In this document: in pieces, positions 45,801 through 58,208 of the stretch
Layout: every line of letters begins with the position of its first letter
How positions within the stretch are numbered: the first letter of the stretch is position 1
Assembly (NCBI GenBank): GCA_002269645.1
Contig: NIVC01002790.1
Coordinates: 76,217 to 140,216 of the forward strand
Reading direction: 5' to 3'
From: Macrostomum lignano
Lineage: Eukaryota
Length of the DNA stretch: 64,000 bases
Translations under genes and position numbers: made by a program
Notes under the pieces: generated by a model
Seen by the model: only the letters and a program-made list of their open reading frames with translations
Told to the model about the DNA's origin: nothing
The model's database searches: none

Positions 45801-48800
45801 GAAAAACGAATGACGCTTGTCTCAGCGTTTGGGCTGTTGCAGGCCTCTCTCTATGATATTTTTATGAAATTAAAAGATCTCGACCCTGAAGCTGTCCAAG
45901 AGATGTTCAGCGAAGACAAAGAAAACGCCGAAGGATTTGAGGACGAACAGGAAGAGACCTTTTCAGAAGCCAGTACGGATAGAAACACAAAGCTGAGTTG
46001 CATTGTCACCAGAGAGCACGCACCGCTGGCTCCATCGCTGCTGCGCCAGCTAAAGGCAATGATAATTGTCAATGTGATGCGACTGGTAAGAACTCGGATG
46101 CGCCTAGCCTGCCGGGTGATTGTGCCTGCCATACTACTGATAGTGCTGATAATCACAGCCGCAATCGAACGGTCTAACAATAATCATCGCATCCATCTGC
46201 GCAATAACATGACTAATGAAGGCGAAATAATCAAGCACGGCGTCTGCGTCTTTGAAAAGGTAGAAGGCAAGCCGCGTATGCTATGGGAGGTTGATAAGAG
46301 GCGTTGCAGTTGGTTGTACGCTGGTAAGACTGCGCCCATGGAGATAGCTAAAAACTACCTGGCTTTACAGAAGCCGAAAGAAGTTGAGCTGCAAAATTTT
46401 CTGCGAGAGAAATCCAATATTGAGAAAATCCAAAAGGTGTGCAAATCCCGCAAGCCGGATGCGGAACCGTGTCCGATAACTTACACCATAGATTGGGGTG
46501 ACAACACGCCCAATTCCGAGCGAGTTATCTATTATGGGACGTATGATATTTATGAAAATTTTAACTCGTCAAAATCGGCGTCCTTAACGATTGGAACATA
46601 TATGAGGGCCACGTCTTACTTTACAACAGTAGCGCGTTCCGATGAACCTCCTGACGATAAAAAGTTTTTATTTTCTGCTGAGAGCGTCTACGACTTTCGC
46701 ACCACCTTTGTACCGGCATTTGGAGCCTTCTTCCAGATACTGATCATGTCGCTGATACCAGCCACTTTCCTCGACGACATCATTGAAGACAAGGAGACTC
46801 AAGTTCGCTATCAGCTTTCTACAATAGGCATGAGCAACTTCAGCTACTGGCTCACTAACTTTATCATTCATTGGGTTCAGTACGCCACTGTGTACTCTTT
46901 GAGCACACTATTGCTGCTATCCATCGTGCAAACTGGCTATTCTAGTTCATTCTTCATGACTGGCGTATTCTTGCCTATACTGCTGCTAGGCTTGCCAAGC
47001 AATCAGCTCATGACTTACGTGCTTAGCACTATTCTAGACAGGGCCAATCATCTTGTGACCATAATGTATTTATTCACCTCAATATTACTGGCATTTATTG
47101 TGCTACTCGTGCAACTCAACAATGTGGCATCAATAATACTCATTTCTGTTCTGCCGCCATTCGCTCCAATAGCCCTGACTTTCTACGGCGTGAAGACAAT
47201 ATTCTATTCTCTGTCATACTACAATAAAGACAGCATCTCAGACATCACCGAACTAAAGGGCAGCTTGTTTTTCTCGCAGCCACACGTGGTAGCAGCGTTC
47301 ATAGCAATTATCCTTCACTTTGCTGTGCTGCTAACAGCGCTGGCTATCATTGAGAACAAGATAATTCTACTTCAACTGTTGGAGGCTCGGTTGCAGGTAA
47401 GGGTTGTGTGGAGGAAAACCACTTAGTAATGCTTATTGTTGAATCTACAGAATTTTCAAAAATATAGCAGAAGTATAAATTACAACTAATAACAAGTCTA
47501 AATTCTTTCTAATCTGTTAGAACCATTAATCAGCCACATTTAACGATATAAAAATGGAAGATTCCAAAAGTGACATTTGATTTCGCGATAGGCCAGGGCC
47601 TATATAGGCCAGGGACATGTTTCTGAGTTCTTCACTAATGTCAACTGACCTTAACAGCCTCACCTGTGGAGACACAGGAGACAGTTCTAATTATATGTAA
47701 CTATCATTGGACATGCAACCATTTTGTTCGCATAAGAGATTCACTTTATGTTATTTAATTCAGTAGGCCTTCTACTAATCCACCAACAGATTAAATGCAC
47801 CTCTGAACTGCCAGTCGGGACATTCGACAACCTTACTGAGGATCCCGGAGTCAAAGAGGAAACAGAACGAATCGACGCGAATCCAAACAGCGAGATGAAC
47901 CTCCTGGAGGTGAGCCACCTGGCCAAGACTTATCCAAACGGTACCAAAGTGGTTCGCGATATCAGCTTCGCCACCGGACCGGCGGAAATCTTTGGCATTT
48001 TGGGACCAAACGGTGCCGGCAAGACAACGGCACTGAGTACCATTGTTGGTCGGTTAAATGCAACCAGAGGTCGGTGCGAAGTGCGCCGGCAGGACGAATG
48101 GCTGCCGAGCGGACTGGCCACTAGTCGAGGCGCAATCGGCTACTGTCCGCAATCCGATCCCTTGTACGGCTGCATCACGGCGATGGAGCATCTGAAATTC
48201 TACGCCAATATCATCGGCGTGCCAGATAGCAAATTGGATTCTCTCATTGAAGAACTAGCCGACAGTCTGGACCTGAATCTCGACAGAGAGAGTTTAGCCG
48301 AGCATCTGTCTGTCGGCATTCGTCGACGCTTGTCGTTGGCTATCTCGCTACTCAGCGAGCCCTCTGTGCTAGTCATTGACGAAGCCACGACAGGCGTCGA
48401 TCCGGAGGGTAAAAGATTTCTTTGGCAGGCGATTCGGGCTGCGGCGACTCTCACCTGCACGGTGCTTGTCACTACGCACAGCATGGAAGAGGTCGAAGCG
48501 ATCTGCAACCGGGTTACTATCATCAATCGAGGCTTGCTGGTTGGTTTGGGCACCGTGCAACAGCTAAAGAGTTTGTAAGTATTCGCTTCTATCAGTTTTA
48601 GCCTAGGAGATTGTAGCCTAGTGTTCAAGAGTGTCGGACTCACGACTGAAAAGTCGGGGGTTCGATTGTCGACCCACTCTGAACAATTTGTGTCCTTGAG
48701 CAAGACTTAACTCTGCATTGCTTCAGTTCACCCAGCTGTAAAATGGGTGCCAGCATTAGCTGGGGTAATTGAGGGTGTGTGTGGCGACCCCCCAGTCCTT

Positions 48801-50863
48801 GGACTGAACAGCCGTACGCAGCCTTCAGATGCGCCGAGCAATAGCTGCGGCTGAGCTGTCGGTTACACATCTGGCCCAATTTGGGCAGGTGTAATCAATT
48901 ATTATTTCTTATTATATTATTATTATAAGCTTTTAAAAAGACCAGTAAATGATACTTAGTGTTGTCTGGGGAAGAGAAGAAGTCGCTCGCCTTGGAATCG
49001 TTGCGCAAATCGCGCCCATGAAGAAAGTCTGAGCCGCTGTACCGGTACACCCTGTGTGAGCGTACCTACGATATAAGACTATAAGACCAGATCTACGAGG
49101 GGTGCGCAAAAAGTCTTGGCAACTGGCTCATAACTTTTTAAATAAACGTTTAAACGTAACCATTTTTTAATCTCATAAATATGACCATATTTTGCGTTTG
49201 TTCATAAATTTTCAGCTCATTGCATTGATTTTTTCGCTTCCTAGAGCATTTTGATTAACGTACAGTCTCGTTTTCAGCCTTCAAATGGAAAATATCACTG
49301 CTGATCAGTGGAGATTTTATGTTTTCATGCGATCGCAGCTCGGAGAAAACGCCACCAAAATTCATGCCGAGCTAGTCCAAGTTGTAGCAGATCAAGCCCC
49401 TTCGTACCGCACCGTGGCCCGTTGGATTGAGCTGGTCAGTGCTGGTCGACGCTCCATGACCGACAGCCCTCGTTCTGGGAGGCCAATGACATCCGTGACC
49501 GAGCAGAACATTGTTGCTGTGCGACAGCTGGTGGACGAAGATCGCAATATCACTGTTGCACTACTTAGCCAGACAATCGGCATTTCTGATGGCAGTGTCC
49601 GAACCATCTTGCATGACCATCTTGGCCTCCGCAAGGTCACGGCCCGTTGGGTACCTCATGCACTGACAGCAGAGCAGAAGCAGGAGAGGGTTCGATGCAG
49701 CCAAGAATTTCTGCGATGCTTCGGCGAAGGTGGCACTAAACGACTTACTGATGTCGTGACTGGTGATGAGAAGTGGTTCTACTACTTCCAAGTGCCTCAC
49801 AAGAACCAAAACAAGGTTTGGATTGGTTCCGATGAAGACCGTCCAACTGTTCTGCGCCCAGGGTTTCGCTCAAGGAAGCAGATGTTCGTCGTCTTTTTCA
49901 GCATCAACGGGCCAGAGACAGTTGTTATGGTGCCAAATGGACAGAACGTCAATGCCACGTTCTATACTGGCGAGGTTTTGCCTAAAGTCGTGGCTTCAGT
50001 CATGGAAAAGCAGCCAACCCGCCTCCAAAGTGGCAGAATTCACTTGCACCACGACAATGCCTCCAGCCACACTGCGGCCATGACAACGAGCTTTTTGGCC
50101 GATAACAAGCTTAAAGTGATACCGCACCCTCCGTACAGTCCTGATTTGGCACCCTGCGACTTCTGGGCATTCCCGAAGCTGACCGAACGCATGGCTGGAT
50201 GCCATTTTCAGCGGCCCCAAGACCTGGCTCGCCGCATTAATTCAGAGCTGAACACCATGCCAGCTTCAGAGTACCGCGCTGCCTTCGAGGCATGGATCCG
50301 CCGTCACCAGAAATGCATAGAACGTGGCGGAGATTACATTGAAGGACTTTAATAACGTTTTAAGATTTACTAACAATTTATCTGCAATTGGGAACCCAGT
50401 TGCCAAAACTTTTTGCGCACCCCTCGTAAAACACAAAATGCACCTCACTGTCGTGGAAACAACAGCCCCGATCTGCTGCCAAACACGCAGGTACGGCCGG
50501 AGCTACAGCCTAGAAATTCTGCTCAACACCTCCGTAGATGAGGCGGAGGACAGTGTCGAAGCGAAAATGGCCACCCTAATTGAGGCGGTCAGCAAGAAGT
50601 TCAAAGACACTAAAGTCGTTGAAGAGTTCCACGATCGGGTGCACTTAGCCATCCCTGTCGGCAGCGTCAGCCGGTTGTCCGTGGCACTCAGCTGGTTATT
50701 GGAGAATCGCAAGAGTCTGAATATCTACTATTTCTCGCTGCACCAGATGTCCATGGACCAGGTGTTCGAGCGTATGGTCAAGCACCACGACGCCACTATT
50801 CGTCAGCGAACGTCGATCTTTTCCAACGTGTCGCACACGTCCGACAATCAGTCGCTTGTATAG
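42816..50863 (+). CDS. ABCA: Full-size ABCA-family transporter (ABCA5/6/8-like), about 1,677 aa; exons 42816-42818 (ATG only, inferred), 43402-44893, 45016-47396, 47790-48574, 50491-50863
   Basis: Two TMD-ECD-NBD halves. NBD1 GHNGAGKTT / LSAGQ / LDEPTSGLDP / STQFMDEADTLADRK / CAGSSLFLK. NBD2 GPNGAGKTT / LSVGI / IDEATTGVDP / TTHSMEE. Splice phases are consistent (0,1,0,2). The start exon is inferred from ATG|GTAAGT. Confidence 0.9.
48607..48927 (+). mobile_element. tRNA-derived CORE-type SINE, copy 2 (in last ABCA intron)
   Basis: A box TAGCCTAGTG, B box GGTTCGATT, CORE-like GTGTCCTTGAGCAAGAC-TTAAC...CTGTAAAATGGG, ATT-rich tail. Aligns with 33068-33394. Confidence 0.88.
49096..50426 (+). mobile_element. 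Full-length mariner element, 1,331 bp, in last ABCA intron
   Basis: 31-bp TIRs CGAGGGGTGCGCAAAAAGT(C/T)TTGGCAACTGG with one mismatch. TA TSD at 49094-95 and 50427-28. Confidence 0.97.
49285..50352 (+). CDS. Mariner DD34D transposase, 355 aa, intact
   Basis: HTH region, WVPHAL, VTGDEKW, LHHDNA, PHPPYSPDLAPCDF with 34 residues between D2 and D3, C-terminal KCIERGGDYIE. Confidence 0.97.
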   Translation: MENITADQWRFYVFMRSQLGENATKIHAELVQVVADQAPSYRTVARWIELVSAGRRSMTDSPRSGRPMTSVTEQNIVAVRQLVDEDRNITVALLSQTIGISDGSVRTILHDHLGLRKVTARWVPHALTAEQKQERVRCSQEFLRCFGEGGTKRLTDVVTGDEKWFYYFQVPHKNQNKVWIGSDEDRPTVLRPGFRSRKQMFVVFFSINGPETVVMVPNGQNVNATFYTGEVLPKVVASVMEKQPTRLQSGRIHLHHDNASSHTAAMTTSFLADNKLKVIPHPPYSPDLAPCDFWAFPKLTERMAGCHFQRPQDLARRINSELNTMPASEYRAAFEAWIRRHQKCIERGGDYIEGL

Positions 50864-51721
50864 GGCAAAGAAGATCTGCTTTTACAACAAAAATGAAGCA
50901 GTTCAACTCAATAAACATTATTATATACGTTATTTGGACAACATTTTTCATTCAATTTATTCATTCAATACTTTCAAGTGTGTCGAAAATGTCACCCTTT
51001 TAATTTTTTTAAATTGGGAAGTAAAACAAACGCCAAGCTGACGGTTTGACGCAAACTTTTTATTTGATTTTTTATAAATAACGGTGATCCTTGCGATAAA
51101 TTTGACACTAACAGTAATTTTCGATCAGCAGATCAGCAGATCTTATTGGAGCTACTGAACAAAATTTATCAACTATTTGTTGACGACGTTGGTTGCATAC
51201 TACTAACTGCTTCATCCTAAAAGTCGAGGAACACCAGTAGTACTGTTTGGATTTCCCAATTAAAATTTGAGGAAAGTATACAAGAGACAAGTTTATTGGC
51301 GCAATCTGCATTTTGCCACTTAGCAAAATGGCAAATGGTTCGCTGGATCAATGGATTCTATGGAATCAATCTTATAGTCTATGGTAGAGGTTCTGATTCA
51401 TTTACAGTTAAGCTGAGAGAAGCATCGTCTTCAGGATGGTGTTTCAATATTTCTCTGCGAGCTGTGTTGTTCGACGCAAATAAGCATGCTTCTGCTCGAC
51501 ATGAAATCCATATTTTGTTGTATCAGCGGCTGGCTTCGCAAAGATCAGTTATTTCTTCTCTGGCAAAGGCAGACTAGTGGACCAATGGACGGGATTACCG
51601 GTTCCTGCTGGCGTTGGATGCAGCAGCTACGCTTTGGATCCGGAATTGGGACGTCAAAAATTTGCTTAAAGATCTTACAGGCTGAACAGGAGCAACCGTC
51701 TCTGCCTCTGACTGTCTAGGT

Positions 51722-53853
51722 CTGTCCTATGTCCATGTCTATGTCTATTTCTATGTCTATTGCTACGTCTTTGTTTGTCTATGTCTACTTCTAGTCTTTC
51801 TCTATGTCTATGTCTATGTCTGTGTCTATGTCAGTGTCTATGTATGTGTCTGTGTCTATGTCTGTCTATGTTTATGTCTGTGTCTATGTCAGTGTCTATG
51901 TATGTGTCTGTGTCTATGTCTGTCTATGTCTATGTCTATGTCAGTGTCTATGTATGTGTCTGTGTCTATGTCAGTGTCTATGTATGTGTCTATGTCTGTC
52001 TATGTCTATGTCTATGTCAGTGTCTATGTATGTGTCTATGTCTGTCTATGTCTATGTCTATGTCTGTGTCTATGTCAGTGTCTATGTATGTGTCTGTGTC
52101 TATGTCTGTCTATGTCTATGTCAATGTCAGTGTCTATGTATGTGTCTGTGTCTGTGTCTGTCTATGTCTATGTCTGTGTCTGTGTCTGTGTTTATGTCTA
52201 TGTCTGTGTCTGTGTCTGTGTCTGTGTCTGTGTCTATGTCTGTGTCTGTGTCTGTGTCTGTGTCTATGTCTGTGTCTATGTCTGTCTATGTCTATGTCTG
52301 TGTCTATGTCAGTGTCTATGTATGTGTCTGTGTCTATGTCTGTCTATGTCTATGTCAATGTCAGTGTCTATGTATGTGTCTGTGTCTGTGTCTGTCTATG
52401 TCTATGTCTGTGTCTGTGTCTGTGTTTATGTCTATGTCTGTGTCTGTGTCTGTGTCTGTGTCTGTGTCTATGTCTGTGTCTGTGTCTGTGTCTGTGTCTA
52501 TGTCTGTGTCTATGTCTGTCTATGTCTATGTCTGTGTCTATGTCAGTGTCTATGTATGTGTCTGTGTCTGTGTCTGTGTCTGTGTCTGTCTATGTCTATG
52601 TCTATGTCTGTGTCTGTGTCTGTGTCTGTGTCTGTGTCTGTCTATGTCTATGTCTATGTCTATGTCTACGTCTGTGTCTGTGTCTGTGTCTATGTCTATG
52701 TCTGTGTCTGTGTCTGTGTCTGTGTCTGTGTCTGTGTCTATGTCTGTGTCTGTGTCTGTGTCTGTGTCTATGTCTGTGTCTGTGTCTGTGTCTGTGTCTA
52801 TGTCTGTGTCTATGTCTGTCTATGTCTATGTCTGTGTCTATGTCAGTGTCTATGTATGTGTCTGTGTCTGTGTCTGTGTCTGTCTATGTCTATGTCTACG
52901 TCTGTGTCTGTGTCTGTGTCTATGTCAATGTCAGTGTCTATGTATGTGTCTGTGTCTGTGTCTGTCTATGTCTATGTCTATGTCTGTGTCTGTGTCTGTG
53001 TTTATGTCTATGTCTGTGTCTGTGTCTGTGTCTGTGTCTGTGTCTGTGTCTATGTCTGTGTCTGTGTCTGTGTCTGTGTCTATGTCTGTGTCTATGTCTG
53101 TCTATGTCTATGTCTGTGTCTATGTCAGTGTCTATGTATGTGTCTGTGTCTGTGTCTGTGTCTGTGTCTGTCTATGTCTATGTCTATGTCTGTGTCTGTG
53201 TCTGTGTCTGTGTCTGTGTCTGTCTATGTCTATGTCTATGTCTACGTCTGTGTCTGTGTCTGTGTCTATGTCTATGTCTGTGTCTGTGTCTGTGTCTGTG
53301 TCTGTCTATGTCTATGTCTATGTCTACGTCTGTGTCTGTGTCTCTGTCTATGTCTATGTCTGTGTCTGTGTCTGTGTCTGTGTCTGTGTCTGTGTCTGTG
53401 TCTGTGTCTGTGTCTGTGTCTGTCTATGTCTATGTCTATGTCTATGTCTACGTCTGTGTCTGTGTCTGTGTCTGTGTCTATGTCTGTGTCTATGTCTGTG
53501 TCTGTGTCTGTGTCTATGTCTGTGTCTGTGTCTGTGTCTATGTCTATGTCTGTGTCTGTGTCTGTGTCTGTGTCTGTCTATGTCTATGTCTATGTCTACG
53601 TCTGTGTCTGTGTCTGTGTCTATGTCTATGTCTGTGTCTGTGTCTGTGTCTGTGTCTGTGTCTGTGTCTGTGTCTGTGTCTGTGTCTGTCTATGTCTATG
53701 TCTACGTCTGTGTCTGTGTCTATGTCTACGTCTGTGTCTATGACTATGTCAGTGTCTATGTATGTGTCTGTGTCTGTGTCTATGTCTATGTCAGTGTCTA
53801 TGTATGTGTCTGTGTCTGTGTCTATGTCAGTGTCTATGTCTGTGTCTGTGTCT
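51722..53853. repeat. About 2.1 kb of hexamer-based simple satellite (TGTCTG/TGTCTA/TGTCAG)
   Basis: Seen directly. Source of the V/C/S/M/Y-rich ORFs at 51760-53888. Confidence 0.97.
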
Positions 53854-54528
53854 GCATCCAGCAGATAGCTGAGTCTCAACTAGCTTGAGCAAATTCTCAT
53901 TTCGCATGTCAAAAGCTGTACTATCGAGTGTTGAAGATGTCTGTGACATTTCTGCCCGGTAAATCGGGTGGGAATAAATTCGTGCTCGCAGGATCAACCA
54001 CGGAATTTGCAAAAAACTATATTTAGTATTGCTTTTGTCAGCCAGCTTGATAGTTCAGCCAACAAAGTTGAGAATTAACTGAGATATAGTCTTGACCATA
54101 GACATAGATATATAACGAAAATGGCAAGCAAAGTTGATAATTGCTTTTCTTTACTTGCAATGAGCCGATGTTAAAGCCTGATTTCTATTGGAGAGGTTGC
54201 TGCTGGAATCCTTCCTTGTGCTGATGTCTATGGCCGAACTTGGTTCCTTTTCATCAACTAGGCTGACTATGGCCATTAACGGGCACGATTGTCATGTCAT
54301 TGATTGCAAAGCCGGAGAACAGAATACTCTAGTCTGTATAGTCGTAGACCATGAAATAGGGTGCTGGTCTTTGGCAAAGTTAATGCTATAGGCGCATATT
54401 AGATAAATGGACATTTGCAATTTTTTCCCCAAGAGAAATGGAGAATGGGGTACTAAGGAGGCGTTTTCATTGATGGCGCGCATGGCGTAGCCAGTGGTCA
54501 AAAGAGTAGTTCATCTCTTAGCAGAATA

Positions 54529-56746
54529 TGATGTAACCGCCCTTGTCGCCTGTCCGCTCCGTAGAGAGACGAACGCATGGCTAGAGGGGCAATGACCGTA
54601 GGCTGCCTATGACCGGGCAATGACCTGACGGACCTCCAGCACCAGACTGTCCCGCCCACATGATTAGTAGCTTTGGTAGCGCTTCGTGACCAGAGGGCCA
54701 AGGACCCACATGGACCCCACCTGTAGCCAAGGTGCAATAGTTGGTCACTCGGTCATGGTATGACCGAGTGGCTGCCACCACTCTATGTGACCTGGCGCAC
54801 CTGGATCTTTCTACCAGACCTCTCGAGGCTAGAGCCCCGCCTGGATTGGTTACCAGGGGATTTAGGCTAACAGGGGAGACGCATGCAGCCGAGTACAGGG
54901 ACTCTGCTTGGGGCATGATCGGGAACTCTGGGCTCAATCCTGGAGGATTTCTCAGCAGGGGATCCTTTGTGGCTGTGAGCGAGGCTGGCTTGCGACTTTG
55001 ATTACTAAGAGTAGTATGAGGCGAACATGTACTGTCTACAGTTTAGATTGCTCAGGGCGAAGGGACGCGTTAGCATGGGGTTGCAACCTTTCCTACTGCC
55101 ATTCTGTGCCAAGACTCGCTAATCCCTCTACTGCACGCACACGCGGCCCCGCAGCACGCACTCACAGGCGGGCTTTGCACGGGGAGAGGCCATTAGCTTA
55201 CCCAAACTTCCTTATGCTTTGCCACCCCGGGAGAAAGGCTTAGCACGCCATGAGTGAAATGATGGTGAAAGATTGAATAATGATGAAGTTAGTTAATAGC
55301 TAATAATTAGGCCCTTAGGCAAATAAGCAGGCAATTAGGCGGCTTCACTATTGAGTAAAATACAGCAAAAGATACGGTATCACAATTGGCTCTGCTCTCT
55401 AATCAGACAATGGAAAATAGGCAAACCCCGGATAAGCAAAGGCAATTAGAGCACAAATTAGTAGCAGGAACTTACCGGCAGCTGCACAGAGAGAGAGAGA
55501 GGCGGAGTGACCGAGGGCGGCTGTAGGCTGCAGTCAGGCAGACGGTGAAGCGGCGATGCGCTGGAGCGACGAGGCGCTGATGTAGATCAGGCGATGCTGA
55601 TGATGCTGGGCGGTATCAGACCGCTGGCCGATAGGCGAGCTCACTTGGGGAGCTAAGGATAACTTGGCGGTAACAGACCGCGGACCGGCAGGGATTCGTC
55701 TTATAGACGAATGGGTCAGAGCTCAATCTGACAGCAAGTCCAAAGAAGGACGAGGAGAGGAACAGAGATAAACTCAGTTGAGTATTCTCATGCCGAAATC
55801 GCTTCCTTTTATAGACCTCACAGCCGCCTCCTCAAGGTCGTTACCATGGCTCCCTCTCTCTGATTGGCTGCCGGCAGAATGACGTCAGAATGAGTCATGA
55901 TGAGAAGCATGAGACCGGCATAGCAACATGAGAAATCGGGAAATTGCGCAATCCGGAGGTGGGGTGGGGGGATAATTGGCGCCGCGGGTGGTCGCGAAAG
56001 TGTTGCGCAAGCAAACATTGAGAACAATAGGGCTGGGGTCGAGAACAAAGGAATTGGAAATCGGGGATAATTGGGGAAAACTGAGAACAATGGAAAAGTA
56101 AACATTGGAGAAAAGGTGATAATTAGGTGCGAAAACGAGAACAAAAGAAAGAGAAAATCGGAGAAAATGTGATAATTGGTGGGGGTCGAGAGAACAAAAG
56201 AAGCAAAAACGAGAACAATAGAAGCGGAGGTGGGGTGGGTGTCACATGAGAAATTTGGGAAGGAGAACAATAGCGTGAGAAAAGGTTGCGCAAGAGAGGG
56301 GGATGAGTCATCGATGAGTCACCGAGGGGGAGAAGGGGTCACACGACTTGCGTCACCGTTTGGGAGTTTGAGAGGGGATGGGGAGACGGTGAGCACACAA
56401 CGTACTGTAAGTAGACACAGGGAAAGAGGGGACAGCGCAGGAAAAGAGTGCAGAGGGAGACAAAAAAAAGGAGGAGGTAGAGAAAGTACAGGAAGAATAG
56501 GGCGGGAACAGAAGAGATAGGGTAGAGGGGGAGGTACAGAAAGGGGTAGGGGCTCCGGAAAGGCAGGTGTGGCGGCAGGAGAGACGGGACCAAGGCAGCA
56601 GGAGGGGTGCAGCAGAGCGGGAGTCTCCAGGCCCGGTCGGAGACCTGGCCGAGTCTCGACAGCTCTGTGCAGAGGGTGCACGGGATAGGAGGCACTTTCG
56701 AAAAAGTTCCCATGCCCTATCCCGCGACCAGAGCGTGGTTACATCA
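54529..56746 (-). repeat. 3' LTR, 2,218 bp, with 10-bp inverted termini TGATGTAACC...GGTTACATCA
   Basis: TG...CA ends. The first about 480 bp match 63520-64000. The PPT abuts 56746. TATAAAAG on the - strand at 55806-55813. Confidence 0.88.
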
Positions 56747-56763
56747 CACCCCCACTGCCTTTT
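56747..56763 (-). other. Polypurine tract AAAAGGCAGTGGGGGTG
   Basis: Purine-rich run immediately 5' of the 3' LTR on the - strand. Confidence 0.75.
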
Positions 56764-58208
56764 GTGACGGAACTGGTTCCGTCATCATCACTGCCCAACA
56801 TGGAACCACACAGACGGGAGCGGGATCTCAACCGAACGTGAAATCACAGAATTAACAAACCGCGAGCGGGAATGGAAAAAGGCGATAAAATAGAGGGGAT
56901 AGCAATAAATTCACAACACGAGATACATAGGTTGGAGTGCAATACAGAATTTCAACTGTTGCTGTGGCTAAAGTGGGAGGGGGGAAACACAGACAGCGCA
57001 ATAGTAGGGAGAAAAATAGCGAATTGTCAACAATAAATTATCATAATTGGATAGAAGCGCAGCTGGGAAAGAGAGGAAACGGGGAAGGGTGAGGGAAGTG
57101 GGGAAAAAGAAGGGGGGGAAGGGTTGCTAGCACACAGCCAAGGGCAGAGCCTCGGGGAGAATGACGATTACACAGGGGAAAAAAAAAAGACTAATGCAGC
57201 GCAGTAAATTAATAAGCTAATTTCGCCGGGAGTTCAACCGCACGGAGGCCTAGCGTCCTTGAAGGCTCGGACCCCGCTTCAGCCAGTCAGAGGGCTTCGG
57301 GGCGATCGGTTGTAGGCTGGGAGGCGCCGCGCCGTGCGCTGGCCACTGTATAAAAGGCGCCACTGATAACGGGAGCCGGCTGCCTGCAACCTACACGGAG
57401 TCGCAGTTTCCAACCAAGGCACTCAGCGCGATTTTCCAAACTATACAACTACTCGGTAAGTCCCATCACCAACCTGATTTCCTTTCGCCTGTACGTTAAA
57501 CGAAATCTACCCACTCGTCATGCCTTTCATATTAAACTGAGCCAATTTCAGTAATAATATGTCTTTTCTTACGGTACTAAGAGTGAGAGGCCAACACAGA
57601 CTTATTTTTATGAATTTGATTGACGCACAACAAAGACTCGTATATTATTAATAAAAGGTGGCATATTAGAAAAACAAGTTTTTATTAGAAAAATAGTGAA
57701 ATACTATAAAAATAGTGGCACACACAGAAACACACACACACACACAGCCCTCATTCACGTCTCCGAAACCCTCATAAACTTAGTAGCCGAAAGAGTTTGA
57801 AAGAGGAATTAATCATTAATTTGACTGCCACCAGTTTGATGTACTATTATAAAAGAGAAAGGGGAACCTACCACCATCTTGGCGCATTACCAAAGAAAAG
57901 AAAAGGAGGATCAGCCACCATTTTGAGAGAGGTTGCTAGGGAAAACTGCCACCAATTGCCCTTCTACCAGAGGAGAGGAAGACGAAAAACTGCCATCACT
58001 TAGAGGTGTATCATTAAAAGAAGGCGGGGAAGAAGGCTACCACTACTTGATCACCTAGAGCTCAAGAGAAGGAGAGGGAATGAAGAAAGGAAGAAACCCC
58101 CAGGAAGGTCACTACCATCCGCCATAAAGTTAAAATCCCCATCTATCTACATCCTAATACCCGGCTAGTTCCCTACTTCTATTTCATCCCTTAAATTCTC
58201 ATTTTCAG

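Noticed and set aside
48607-48680. tRNA genes at the SINE heads (also 33320-33394)
   Set aside because: They continue into a shared CORE body and tail, with a degenerate acceptor stem. They are SINEs, not tRNA genes.
50324-50863. 179-aa ORF suggesting a mariner-ABCA fusion
   Set aside because: The first 56 codons run through the mariner TIR and intron. The true exon starts at the acceptor 50490/50491 and is in phase with the 48574 donor.
51760-53888. 613-702-aa V/C/S/M-rich ORFs
   Set aside because: Hexamer satellite translation.
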